A DNA stretch of 29,320 nt. It comes from Utricularia gibba (lineage: Eukaryota; Plantae; Magnoliophyta). Shown piece by piece: positions 1 to 10,560 of the stretch. A program made the position numbers and the translations under genes. Where the stretch lies: assembly GCA_002189035.1 (NCBI GenBank), contig NEEC01000115.1, forward strand, positions 1-29,320, given 5' to 3'. Position 1 is the stretch's first letter. Every line of letters starts with the position of its first letter. The notes under the pieces were generated by a model. That model did no database searches, had not been told where the DNA came from, and saw nothing but the letters and a program-made list of their open reading frames with translations.

Positions 1-3000
1 TGATGCCTTTGTTTAATTACGATATCACGTGCACCCCACATGATTTTTTCAACAACTTACTTTATACTTGAGGAGCGGTCTTGGGTGCACCTAGAACGGG
101 ACAAAGGTCAGGTTTGGCTGCGCCGAGAGTTAGTTGTAGCTCGGCAAATAAAGTGATGTATTTATTAACGTTCAGTTTTCGGGGGCTGCCTACATGGTTT
201 TTCAAGGAACAGCTTCTCGTTTTGTGGCGGCCAGTCTCGCTGGGAACTTGGTCCTTGACCCGATTGTATGGCTCATGAGGTCAACCGGATGGAAATCGAT
301 TAAAGAAAATGATGCTTTGTTTAAATTACGATATCACGTGCACCCAATGATTTTTTCAACAACTTACTTTATACTTGAGGAGGCGGTCTTGGGGTGCACC
401 TAGAACGGGACAAAGGTCAGGTTTGGCTTGCGCCGAGAGTTAGTTGTAGCGGCAAATAAAGTGATGTATTTATTAACGTTCAGTTTTCGGGGGCTGCCTA
501 CATGGTTTTTCAAGGAACAGCTTCTCGTTTTGTGGCGGCCAGTCTCGCTGGAACTTGGTCCTTGACCCGATTATGTATTGCTCATGAGGTCAACCGGATG
601 CAAATCGATGAAAAATGATGCTTTGTTTAAATTACGATATCACGTGCACCCCACATGATTTTTTCAACAACTTGCTTTATACTTGAGGAGGCGGTCTTGG
701 GGTGCACCTAGAACGGGACAAAGGTCAGGTTTGGCTTGCGCCGAGAGTTAGTTGTAGCTCGGAAAATAAAGTGATGTATTTATTAACGTTCAGTTTTCGG
801 GGGCTGCCTACATGGTTTTTCAAGGAACAGCTTCTCGTTTTGTGGCGGCCAGTCTCGCTGGGAACTTGGTCCTTGACCCCGATTATGTATTGCTCATGAG
901 GTCAACCGGATGCAAATTGATTAAAAAAAATGATGCTTTTGTTTAAATTACGATATCACGTGCACCCCACATGATTTTTTCAACAACTTACTTTATACTT
1001 GAGGGGCGGTCTTGGGTGCACCTAGAACGGGACAAAGGTCAGGTTTGGCTTGCGCCGAGAGTTAGTTGTAGCTCGGAAAATAAAGTGATGTATTTATTAA
1101 CGTTCAGTTTTCGGGGGCTGCCTACATGGTTTTTCAAGGAACAGCTTCTCGTTTTGTGGCGGCCAGTCTCGCTGGGAACTTGGTCCTTGACCCGATTATG
1201 TATTGCTCATGAGGTCAACCGGATGCAAATCGATTAAAGAAAATGATGCCTTTGTTTAAATTACGATATCACGTGCACCCACATGATTTTTTCAACAACT
1301 TGCTTTATACTTGAGGAGGCGGTCTTGGGGTGCACCTAGAACGGGACAAAGGTCAGGTTTGGCTTGCGCCGAGAGTTAGTTGTAGCTCGGAAATAAAGTG
1401 ATGTATTTATTAACGTTCAGTTTTCGGGGGCTGCCTACATGGTTTTTCAAGGAACAGCTTCTCGTTTTGTGGCGGCCAGTCTCGCTGGGAACTTGGTCCT
1501 TGACCCCGATTATGTATGGCTCATGAGGTCAACCGGATGCAAATTGATTAAAAAAAATGATGCCTTTGTTTAAATTACGATATCACGTGCACCCACATGA
1601 TTTTTCAACAACTTACTTTATACTTGAGGAGGCGGTCTTGGGGTGCACCTAGAACGGGACAAAGGTCAGGTTTGGCTTGCGCCGAGAGTTAGTTGTAGCT
1701 CGGAAAATAAAGTGATGTATTTATTAACGTTCAGTTTTCGGGGGCTGCCTACATGGTTTTTCAAGGAACAGCTTCTCGTTTTGTGGCGGCCAGTCTCGCT
1801 GGGAACTTGGTCCTTGACCCCGATTATGTATGCTCATGAGGTCAACCGGATGCAAATGATTAAAAAATGATGCCTTTGTTTAAATTACGATATCACGTGC
1901 ACCCCACATGATTTTTTCAACAACTTACTTTATACTTGAGGAGGCGGTCTTGGGGTGCACCTAGAACGGGACAAAGGTCAGGTTTGGCTTGCGCCGAGAG
2001 TTAGTTGTAGTCGGAAAATAAAGTGATGTATTTATTAACGTTCAGTTTTCGGGGCTGCCTACATGGTTTTTCAAGGAACAGCTTCTCGTTTTGTGGCGCC
2101 AGTCTCGCTGGGAACTTGGTCCTTGACCCGATTATGTATGCTCATGAGGTCAACCGGATGCAAATCGATTAAAGAAAATGATGCCTTTCTTTAAATTACG
2201 ATATCACGTGCACCCCACATGATTTTTCAACAACTTACTTTATACTTGGGAGGCGGTCTTGGGGTGCACCTAGAACGGGACAAAGGTCAGGTTTGGCTTG
2301 CGCCGAGAGTTAGTTGTAGCTCGGCAAATAAAGTGATGTATTTATTAACGTTCAGTTTTCGGGGGCTGCCTACATGGTTTTTCAAGGAACAGCTTCTCGT
2401 TTTGTGGCGGCCAGTCTCGCTGGGAACTTGGTCCTTGACCCCGATTCTGTATGGCTCATGAGGTCAACCGGATGCAAATCGATTAAAAAAAATGATGCCT
2501 TTTTAAATTACGATATCACGTGCACCCCACATGATTTTTTCAACAACTTGCTTTATACTTGAGGAGGCGGTCTTGGGTGCACCTAGAACGGGACAAAGGT
2601 CAGGTTTGGCTTGCGCCGAGAGTTAGTTGTAGCTCGGCAAATAAAGTGATGTATTTATTAACGTTCAGTTTTCGGGGGCTGCCTACATGGTTTTTCAAGG
2701 AACAGCTTCTCGTTTTGTGGCGGCCAGTCTCGCTGGGAACTTGGTCCTTGACCCCGATTATGTATGGCTCATGAGGTCAACCGGATGCAAATTGATTAAA
2801 AAAAATGATGCCTTTGTTTAAATTACGATATCACGTGCACCCCACATGATTTTTTCAACAACTTACTTTATACTTGAGGAGGCGGTCTTGGGTGCACCTA
2901 GAACGGGACAAAGGTCAGGTTTGGCTTGCGCCGAGAGTTAGTTGTAGCTCGGCAAATAAAGTGATGTATTTATTAACGTTCAGTTTTCGGGGGCTGCCTA

Positions 3001-3187
3001 CATGGTTTTTCAAGGAACAGCTTCTCGTTTTGTGGCGGCCAGTCTCGCTGGGAACTTGGTCCTTGACCCCGATTCTGTATGGCTCATGAGGTCAACCGGA
3101 TGCAAATCGATTAAAAAAATGATGCCTTTGTTTAAATTACGATATCACGTGCACCCCACATGATTTTTTCAACAACTTACTTTATAC

Positions 3188-3344
3188 TTGAGGAGGCGGT
3201 CTTGGGGTGCACCTAGAACGGGACAAAGGTCAGGTTTGGCTTGCGCCGAGAGTTAGTTGTAGCTCGGCAAATAAAGTGATGTATTTATTAACGTTCAGTT
3301 TTCGGGGGCTGCCTACATGGTTTTTCAAGGAACAGCTTCTCGTT
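3188..3344 (+). repeat. Sub-monomer A (~157 bp) of the dimeric unit
   Basis: Aligns to sub-monomer B with 8/10 identities at offset 157 (unit 1-10) and 71/128 ungapped identities at offset 158 (unit 11-138). Confidence 0.85.
3245..3268. other. Short stem-loop GCCGAG-N12-CTCGGC, one per unit (5-bp stem in units with the A allele)
   Basis: GCCGAGAGTTAGTTGTAGCTCGGC. An alternative pairing is GCC[GA bulge]GAGTTA/TAGCTC-GGC around a GTTG loop with one G-T wobble. No function is shown. Confidence 0.6.
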
Positions 3345-3502
3345 TTGTGGCGGCCAGTCTCGCTGGGAACTTGGTCCTTGACCCCGATTCTGTATGGCTC
3401 ATGAGGTCAACCGGATGCAAATCGATTAAAAAAATGATGCCTTTGTTTAAATTACGATATCACGTGCACCCCACATGATTTTTTCAACAACTTACTTTAT
3501 AC
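3345..3502 (+). repeat. Sub-monomer B (~158 bp) of the dimeric unit
   Basis: Paralogous motifs (A vs B): TTGAGGAGGC/TTGTGGCGGC, TTTGGCT/TATGGCT, TGATGTATTT/TGATGCCTTT, CCTACATGGTTTTT/CCCACATGATTTTT. Confidence 0.85.
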
Positions 3503-3527
3503 TTGAGGAGGCGGTCTTGGGGTGCAC
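3464..3527. repeat. 10-bp perfect inverted repeat GTGCACCCCA-N44-TGGGGTGCAC spanning each unit junction
   Basis: GTGCACCCCA at 3464-3473 and TGGGGTGCAC at 3518-3527. Repeated in most intact units. Confidence 0.85.
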
Positions 3528-4740
3528 CTAGAACGGGACAAAGGTCAGGTTTGGCTTGCGCCGAGAGTTAGTTGTAGCTCGGAAATAAAGTGATGTATTT
3601 ATTAACGTTCAGTTTTCGGGGGCTGCCTACATGGTTTTTCAAGGAACAGCTTCTCGTTTTGTGGCGGCCAGTCTCGCTGGGAACTTGGGAGGCGGTCTTG
3701 GGGTGCACCTGAACGGGACAAAGGTCAGGTTTGGCTTGCGCCGAGAGTTAGTTGTAGCTCGGAAATAAAGTGATGTATTTATTAACGTTCAGTTTTGGGG
3801 GCTGCCTACATGGTTTTTCAAGGAACAGCTTCTCGTTTTGTGGCGGCCAGTCTCGCTGGGAACTTGGTCCTTGACCCGATTATGTATGCTCATGAGGTCA
3901 ACCGGATGCAAATCGATTAAAAAATGATGCCTTGTTTAAATTACGATATCACGTGCACCCCACATGATTTTTTCAACAACTTACTTTATACTTGAGGAGG
4001 CGGTCTTGGGGTGCACCTAGAACGGGACAAAGGTCAGGTTTGGCTTGCGCCGAGAGTTAGTTGTAGCTCGGAAAATAAAGTGATGTATTTATTAACGTTC
4101 AGTTTTGGGGGCTGCCTACATGGTTTTTCAAGGAACAGCTTCTCGTTTTGTGGCGGCCAGTCTCGCTGGGAACTTGGTCCTTGACCCCGATTATGTATGC
4201 TCATGAGGTCAACCGGATGCAAATTGATTAAAAAAAATGATGCCTTTGTTTAAATTACGATATCACGTGCACCCCACATGATTTTTTCAACAACTTACTT
4301 TATACTTGAGGAGGCGGTCTTGGGTGCACCTAGAACGGGACAAAGGTCAGGTTTGGCTTGCGCCGAGAGTTAGTTGTAGCTCGGAAAATAAAGTGATGTA
4401 TTTATTAACGTTCAGTTTTGGGGGCTGCCTACATGGTTTTTCAAGGAACAGCTTCTCGTTTTGTGGCGGCCAGTCTCGCTGGGAACTTGGTCCTTGACCC
4501 GATTATGTATGGCTCATGAGGTCAACCGGATGCAAATCGATTAAAAAAATGATGCCTTTGTTTAAATTACGATATCACGTGCACCCCACATGATTTTTTC
4601 AACAACTTACTTTATACTTGAGGAGGCGGTCTTGGGGTGCACCTAGAACGGGACAAAGGTCAGGTTTGGCTTGCGCCGAGAGTTAGTTGTACTCGGAAAA
4701 TAAAGTGATGTATTTATTAACGTTCAGTTTTCGGGGGCTG

Positions 4741-7700
4741 CTACATGGGGCATAGTAACATCTCATGACAACCGGATTCGATCCTTTAAATTACGAGTTG
4801 ATGGCGGTCCAGTCAGTCTTGCGCTGGGAACTTGGTCCTTGACCCCGATTATGTATGCTCATGAGGTCAACCGGATGCAAATCGATTAAAAAAATGATGC
4901 CTTTGTTTAAATTACGATATCACGTGCACCCCACAAGTTTACCTTCAACTCTAAAGTGATGTATTTATTAACGTTCAGTTTTCGGGGGCTGCCTACATGG
5001 TTTTTCAAGGAACAGCTTCTCGTTTTGTGGCGGCCAGTCTCGCTGGGAACTTGGTCCTTGACCCCGATTATGTATGGAGGTCTTGACTCGCACGTGCTGG
5101 AGGAGGCGGTCTTGGGGTGCACCTAGAACGGGACAAAGGTCAGGTTTGGCTTGCGCCGAGAGTTAGTTGTAGCTCGGCAAATAAAGTGATGTATTTATTA
5201 ACGTTCAGTTTTCGGGGGCTGCCTACATGGTTTTTCAAGGAACAGCTTCTCGTTTTGTGGCGGCCAGTCTCGCTGGGAACTTGGTCCTTGACCCCTGTAT
5301 TCATGAGGTCAACCGGATGCAAATCGATTAAAAAATGATGCCTTTGTGAGTGCACCCCACATGGATTTACCTTCAACGCCTTGAGATAAACAACGCTTTT
5401 TAGGTTTGTTTGCGTGAGCTCGGCAAGGAACAGCTTCTCGTTTTGTGGCGGCCAGTCTCGCTGGGAACTTGGTCCTTGACCCCGATTCTCATGTTGCAAA
5501 TCGATTTGATGGGGGGATACCTAGAACGGGACAAAGGTCAGGTTTGGCAGAGTTAGTTGTAGCTCGCAAAATTAAACATCTGCTGCACCCGGGTGATTTT
5601 TTCAACAACTTACTTTATACTTGAGGAGGCGGTCTTGGGGTGCACCTAGAACGGGACAAAGGTCAGGTTTGGCTTGCGCCGAGAGTTAGTTGTAGCTCGG
5701 AAAATAAAGTGATGTATTTATTAACGTTCAGTTTTTGCCTACATGGTTTTTCAAGGAACAGCTGCGGCCAGTCTCGCTGGGAACTTGGTCCTTGACCCCG
5801 ATTCTCATGAGGTCAACCGGATGCAAATCCTCGGAACATGATGTCTTGCACCTTCAACTCGCGTTCAACATGGTTTTTCATTCTCGTTTAGTCTCGCTGG
5901 GAACTTGGTCCTTGACCCCGATTCACCCTCATGATGGAGGAGGCGGTCTTGGGGTGCACCTAGAACGGGACAAAGGTCAGGTTTGGCTTGCGCCGAGAGT
6001 TAGTTGTAGCTCGGCAACATGATGAGATTTATTATGTACGATTCAGTTTTGGGTTGCAACAACTTATACTAATTTTGAGAGGAACTTGTACCTTAGTCTC
6101 GCTGGGAACTTGGTCCTTGACCCCGATTCTGTATGGCTCATGAGGTCAACCGGATGCACCTTGCGCCGAGAGTTAGTTAGCTCGGCAAATAAAGTGATGT
6201 ATTTATTAACGTTCAGATGGGTTCAAACACACATCTTCGCGAGTTGGAGCGGTCTTGGGGTGTCAACGCAAAGGTCAGGTTGGCTCTCGCGCCCTTGAGA
6301 TTATGTATAGTTGCACCTCGGATGCAAGTCTTGAAGTCATTTATTAGCGTTCAGTTTTGGGGGCTGCCTACATGGTTTTTCAAGGAACAGCTTCTCGTTT
6401 TGTGGCGGCCAGTCTCGCTGGGAACTTGGTCCTTGACCCCGATTCTGTATGGCTCATGAGGTCAACCGGATTCGATTCGATGTTGATTTTTTCAACAACT
6501 TGAGGAGGCGGTCTTGGGGTGCACCTAGAACGGGACAAAGGTCAGGTTTGGCTTGCGCCGAGAGTTAGTTGTAGCTCGGCCGTTCAGATGATAAACACAC
6601 TCATGAGGTCAACCGGATTCGCCTTTGCGGAGGAGGAGGCGGTCTTGGGGTGCACCTAGAACGGGACAAAGGTCAGGTTTGGCTTGCGCCGAGAGTTAGT
6701 TGTAGCTCGGAAAATAAAGTGATGTATTTATTAACGTTCAGTTTTTGCCTACATGGTTTTTCAAGGAACAGCTTCTAGTAACTTGGTCCTTGACCCCGAT
6801 TATGTATGCTCATGAGGTCAACCGGATGCAAATCATGAAAATTACGATGCATGATTGAGGAGGCGGTCTTGGGGTGCACCTAGATCAGGTTTGGCTTGCG
6901 CCGAGAGTTAGTTGTAGCTCGGAAAATAAAGTGATGTATTTATTAACGTTCAGTTTTCGGGGGCTGCCTACATGGTTTTTCAAGGAACAGCTTCTCGTTT
7001 TGTGGCGGCCAGTCTCGCTGGGAACTTGGTCCTTGACCCCGATTATGTATGCTCATGAGGTCAACCGGATGCAAATACTCTGAGGAGGAGGCGGTCTTGG
7101 GGTGCACCTAGAACGGGACAAAGGTCAGGTTTGGCTTGCGCCGAGAGTTAGTTGTAGCTCGGCAAATATGATGCCTTTATTAACTCATGAGGTCAACCGG
7201 ATGCAAATCGATTTTGGGGGGGCGGTCTTGGGGTGCACCTATCAGGTTTGGCTTGCGCCGACACGTTCAGACATAAGTTCTCGTTTTGTGGCGGCCAGTC
7301 TCGCTGGGAACTTGGTCCTTGACCCCGATTCCCTTCCTTTGTGGGTGAAAGAGGAGGCGGTCTTGGGGTGCACCTAGAACGGGACAAAGGTCAGGTTTGG
7401 CTTGCGCCGAGAGTTAGTTGTAGCTCGGCAATGCTGAGTCTCGCTGGGAACTTGGTCCTTGACCCCGATTATGCTCATGAGGTCAACCGGATGCAAATCG
7501 CCTTTGATTGCACCCCACATGATTTTTTCAACAACTTGCGGTCTTGGGGTGCACCTACTCAGGTTTGACTCGGTCACACCTTCTCGTTTTGTGGCGGCCA
7601 GTCTCGCTGGGAACTTGGTCCTTGACCCCGATTCTGTATGGCTCATGAGGTCAACCGGATGCAAATCGATTAAAAAAATGATGCCTTTGCGGTGCACCCC

Positions 7701-10560
7701 ACATGATTTTTTCAACAACTTACTTTATACTTGAGGAGGCGGTCTTGGGTGCACCTGTTAGCGGGACAAATGGTTTTTCAAGGTTCAGTCTCGCTGGGAA
7801 CTTGGTCCTTGACCCCGAGTATATGATTGTTTCAGGTTGGAGGAGGCGGTATAGAACTTAACGTTCAAGGTCAAGGAACAGCTTCTCGTTTTGTGGCGGC
7901 CAGTCTCGCTGGGAACTTGGTCCTTGACCCCGATTCTGTTGGCTCGGCTGGTCTTTGTGTCAGGTTTAGAGTTAGCTCGTTCAGTTTTTGCCTACATGGT
8001 TTTTCATTCTCGAGTCTCGCTGGGAACTTGGTCCTTGACCCCGATTCTGTATGCTCATGAGGTCAACCGGATGCAAATCGATTAAAAAAAATTACGATGT
8101 GCACCCCACATGATTTTTTCAACAACTTACTTTATACTTGAGGCGGTCTTGGGGTGCACCTAGAACGGGACAAAGGTCAGGTTTGGCTTGCGCCGAGAGT
8201 TAGTTGTAGCTCGGATAAAGTGATGTATTTATTAACGTTCAGTTTTCGGGGGCTGCCTACATGGTTTTTCAAGGAACAGCAGTCTCGCTGGGAACTTGGT
8301 CCTTGACCCCGATTTGTATGCTCATGAGGTCAACCGGATGCAAATCGATTAAAAAAATGATGCCTTTGTTTAAATTACGATATCACGTGCAGATTTTTTC
8401 AACAACTTACTTTATACTTGAGGAGGCGGTCTTGGGGTGCACCTAGAACGGGACAAAGGTCAGGTTTGGCTTGCGCCGAGAGTTAGTTGTAGCTCGGCAA
8501 ATAAAGTGATGTATTTATTAACGTTCAGTTTTGGGGGCTGCCTACATGGTTTTTCAAGGAACAGCTTCTCGTTTTGTGGCGGCCAGTCTCGCTGGGAACT
8601 TGGTCCTTGACCCCGATTATGTATGGAGGTTGCAAATCCTCGATATCACGTGCTGATTTTTTCAACAACTTACTTTATACTTGAGGAGGCGGTCTTGGGG
8701 TGCACCTAGAACGGGACAAAGGTCAGGTTTGGCTTGCGCCGAGAGTTAGTTGTAGCTCGGAACGTTCAGTTTTTGCCTACATGGTTTTTCATTCTCGAGT
8801 CTCGCTGGGAACTTGGTCCTTGACCCCGATTCTCATGAGGTCAACCGGATGCAAATCGATTAAAAAATGATGCTCGATGTGCACCCCACATGATTTTTTC
8901 AACAACTTACTTTATACTTGAGGAGGCGGTCTTGGGTGCACCTTTACGATTCAACCAAGGAACAGCAAACTTGAAATTCACAACCGGATTCGACAAATTA
9001 CGCACGTGCACCACATGATTTTTTCAACAACTTACTTTATACTTGAGGAGGCGGTCTTGGGGCACCTGCACCTTTGGAGACGGACAACATGGTCAAGGTT
9101 TCGGTGGCGGCCAGTCTCGCTGGGAACTTGGTCCTTGAGATTATGTATATGAGGTTGTAGCTCGGTTGATGTGAGTTTTATTAACGTTCAGTTTTCGGGG
9201 GGCTAGTCAACATTCAATTCAACCGGATTCGATCTCTTTTGTATCACCAACTCCCTTGGTTTGACCAAACATGCTCATGACAACCGGATGCAAATCGAGA
9301 AGGAGGCGTCTTGGGGTGCACCTAGAACGGGACAAAGGTCAGGTTTGGCTTGCGCCGAGAGTTAGTTGTAGCTCGGCAACATGATTCAAACTTGGTCCTT
9401 GACCCCGATTCGACTTTGCTCGGAGGAGGAGGCGGTCTTGGGGTGCACCTAGAACGGGACAAAGGTCAGGTTTGGCTTGCGCCGAGAGTTAGTTGTAGCT
9501 CGGAAATAAAGTGATGTATTTATTAACGTTCAGTTTTCGGGGGCTGCCTACATGGTTTTTCATTCTCGTTTTGTGGCGGCCAGTCTCGCTGGGAACTTGG
9601 TCCTTGACCCCGATTCTCATGAGGTCAACCGGATGGCCCTTGATGAGGAGATTACACCAACCCCACAAATTATGTAAATTTGACTTTGCGCCGAGATTTT
9701 TTCAACAACTTAGAGCGGTCTTGGGGTGCACCTAGAACGGGACAAAGGTCAGGTTTGGCTTGCGCCGAGAGTTAGTTGTAGCTCGGAAAATAAAGTGATG
9801 TATTTATTAACGTTCAGTTTTTGGGGGGCTAGACATCTTTTGGGGAACAGCTTGTTTTGTGTCCAGCTCGCTGGGACCTTGAAAATTAAATGAGGTCAAC
9901 CGGATGCAAATGATTTGATGCCTTTTTTAAATTACGATATCACGTGCACCCACATGATTTTTTCAACAACTTACTTTATACTTGAGGAGGCGGTCTTGGG
10001 GTGCACCTAGAACGGGACAAAGGTCAGGTTTGGCTTGCGCCGAGAGTTAGTTGTAGCTCGGAAATATTGATGGTATGGTCTTGGGGTGCACCTAGAACGG
10101 GACAAAGGTCAGGTACTCGGCCAAGGTTTTTCAAGGAACAGCTTCTCGTTTTGTGGCGGCCAGTCTCGCTGGGAACTTGGTCCTTGACCCCGATTCTCAT
10201 GAGGTCAACCGGATGGCTCGATGAGGAGGAGGCGGTCTTGGGGTGCACCTAGAACGGGACAAAGGTCAGGTTTGGCTTGCGCCGAGAGTTAGTTGTAGCT
10301 CGGCGTTCAACATGAAGGAACAGCTTCTCGTTTTGTGGCGGCCAAACTTAATTCTGTACTCATGAGGTCAACCGGATTCGATTTGATGCAAATTACGATA
10401 TCACGTGCACCCCACATGATTTTTTCAACAACTTATACTTGAGGAGGCGGTCTTGGGGTGCACCTAACGGGACAAAGGTCAGGTTTGGCTTGCGCCGAGA
10501 GTTAGTTGTAGCTCGGAACGTTCAGGGGGGCTGCCTACATGGTTTTTCTTCTCGTTTTGT
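4741..10560 (+). repeat. Scrambled or deleted zone: fragments of the same unit joined by short garbled linkers (biological rearrangement or low-quality read segment)
   Basis: Modules GAGGAGGCGG...GTAGCTCGG, AGTCTCGCTGGG...CCCCGATT and CTCATGAGGTCAACCGGAT recur without the intervening sequence. Boundaries are approximate. Confidence 0.85.

Larger units (their letters stand above)
3188..3502 (+). repeat. Reference full-length monomer (315 bp, about 46% GC, 15 CpG)
   Basis: Complete unit read directly, TTGAGGAGGCGGTCTTGGGGTGCACCTAG...CAACAACTTACTTTATAC. Hand counts are G=80 and C=64. Stop codons occur in all six frames. Confidence 0.95.
1..4740 (+). repeat. Regular array zone 1, mostly full-length units, C allele at unit position 116 predominant
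   Basis: About 15 near-intact units with one internal deletion at 3688. The first 12 units all read CAGTTTTCGGGG. Confidence 0.9.

Noticed and set aside
3207-3223. CENP-B box (ends in AACGGGA)
   Set aside because: Only 6 of the 9 core positions of NTTCGNNNNANNCGGGN match, and the TTCG half is missing.
3398-3469. Synthetic polylinker (BspHI, HincII, ClaI, DraI, EcoRV, PmlI, ApaLI sites close together)
   Set aside because: Eight 6-bp palindromes per unit against about 5 expected by chance. The common cloning sites are absent, and the region aligns naturally with half A of the dimer.
3464-3486. Membership of the grass CentO/CentC family (reverse strand AAAAATCATGTGGGGTGC recalls a motif I remember from CentO, and monomer size is similar)
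   Set aside because: Based on memory of a short motif only, and I could not extend the similarity. A BLAST against CentO, CentC and CentBd would be needed.
3188-3502. Stop-free 'never-ending' ORF as in DRT2/Neo concatemers (315 is a multiple of 3)
   Set aside because: The consensus has stop codons in all three forward frames (TAG, TGA, TAG within the first 70 nt) and all three reverse frames.
3188-3502. Viroid-like or ribozyme-bearing circular RNA of about 315 nt
   Set aside because: No hammerhead core (CUGANGA...GAAA) on either strand and no extended rod-like self-complementarity seen by eye. A covariance-model search was not possible.
3474-3503. Sigma70 promoter (TATACT -10 box)
   Set aside because: The -35 position reads ATGATT, a poor match. 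AT-rich satellite sequence yields such hexamers by chance, and there is no downstream gene.
3489-3510. HUH rolling-circle nick site (CTTTATACTTGA resembles the pC194/phiX174 CTTGATA motif) or Helitron CTAG end at CACCTAG
   Set aside because: Only CTTGA matches, followed by GG rather than TA. There is no Rep gene and no properly spaced subterminal hairpin before CTAG.
4741-10560. CRISPR-like or diversity-generating array (conserved modules separated by variable linkers)
   Set aside because: Module and linker lengths are irregular, linkers are mostly degraded unit sequence, and no leader, cas or reverse transcriptase gene is present.
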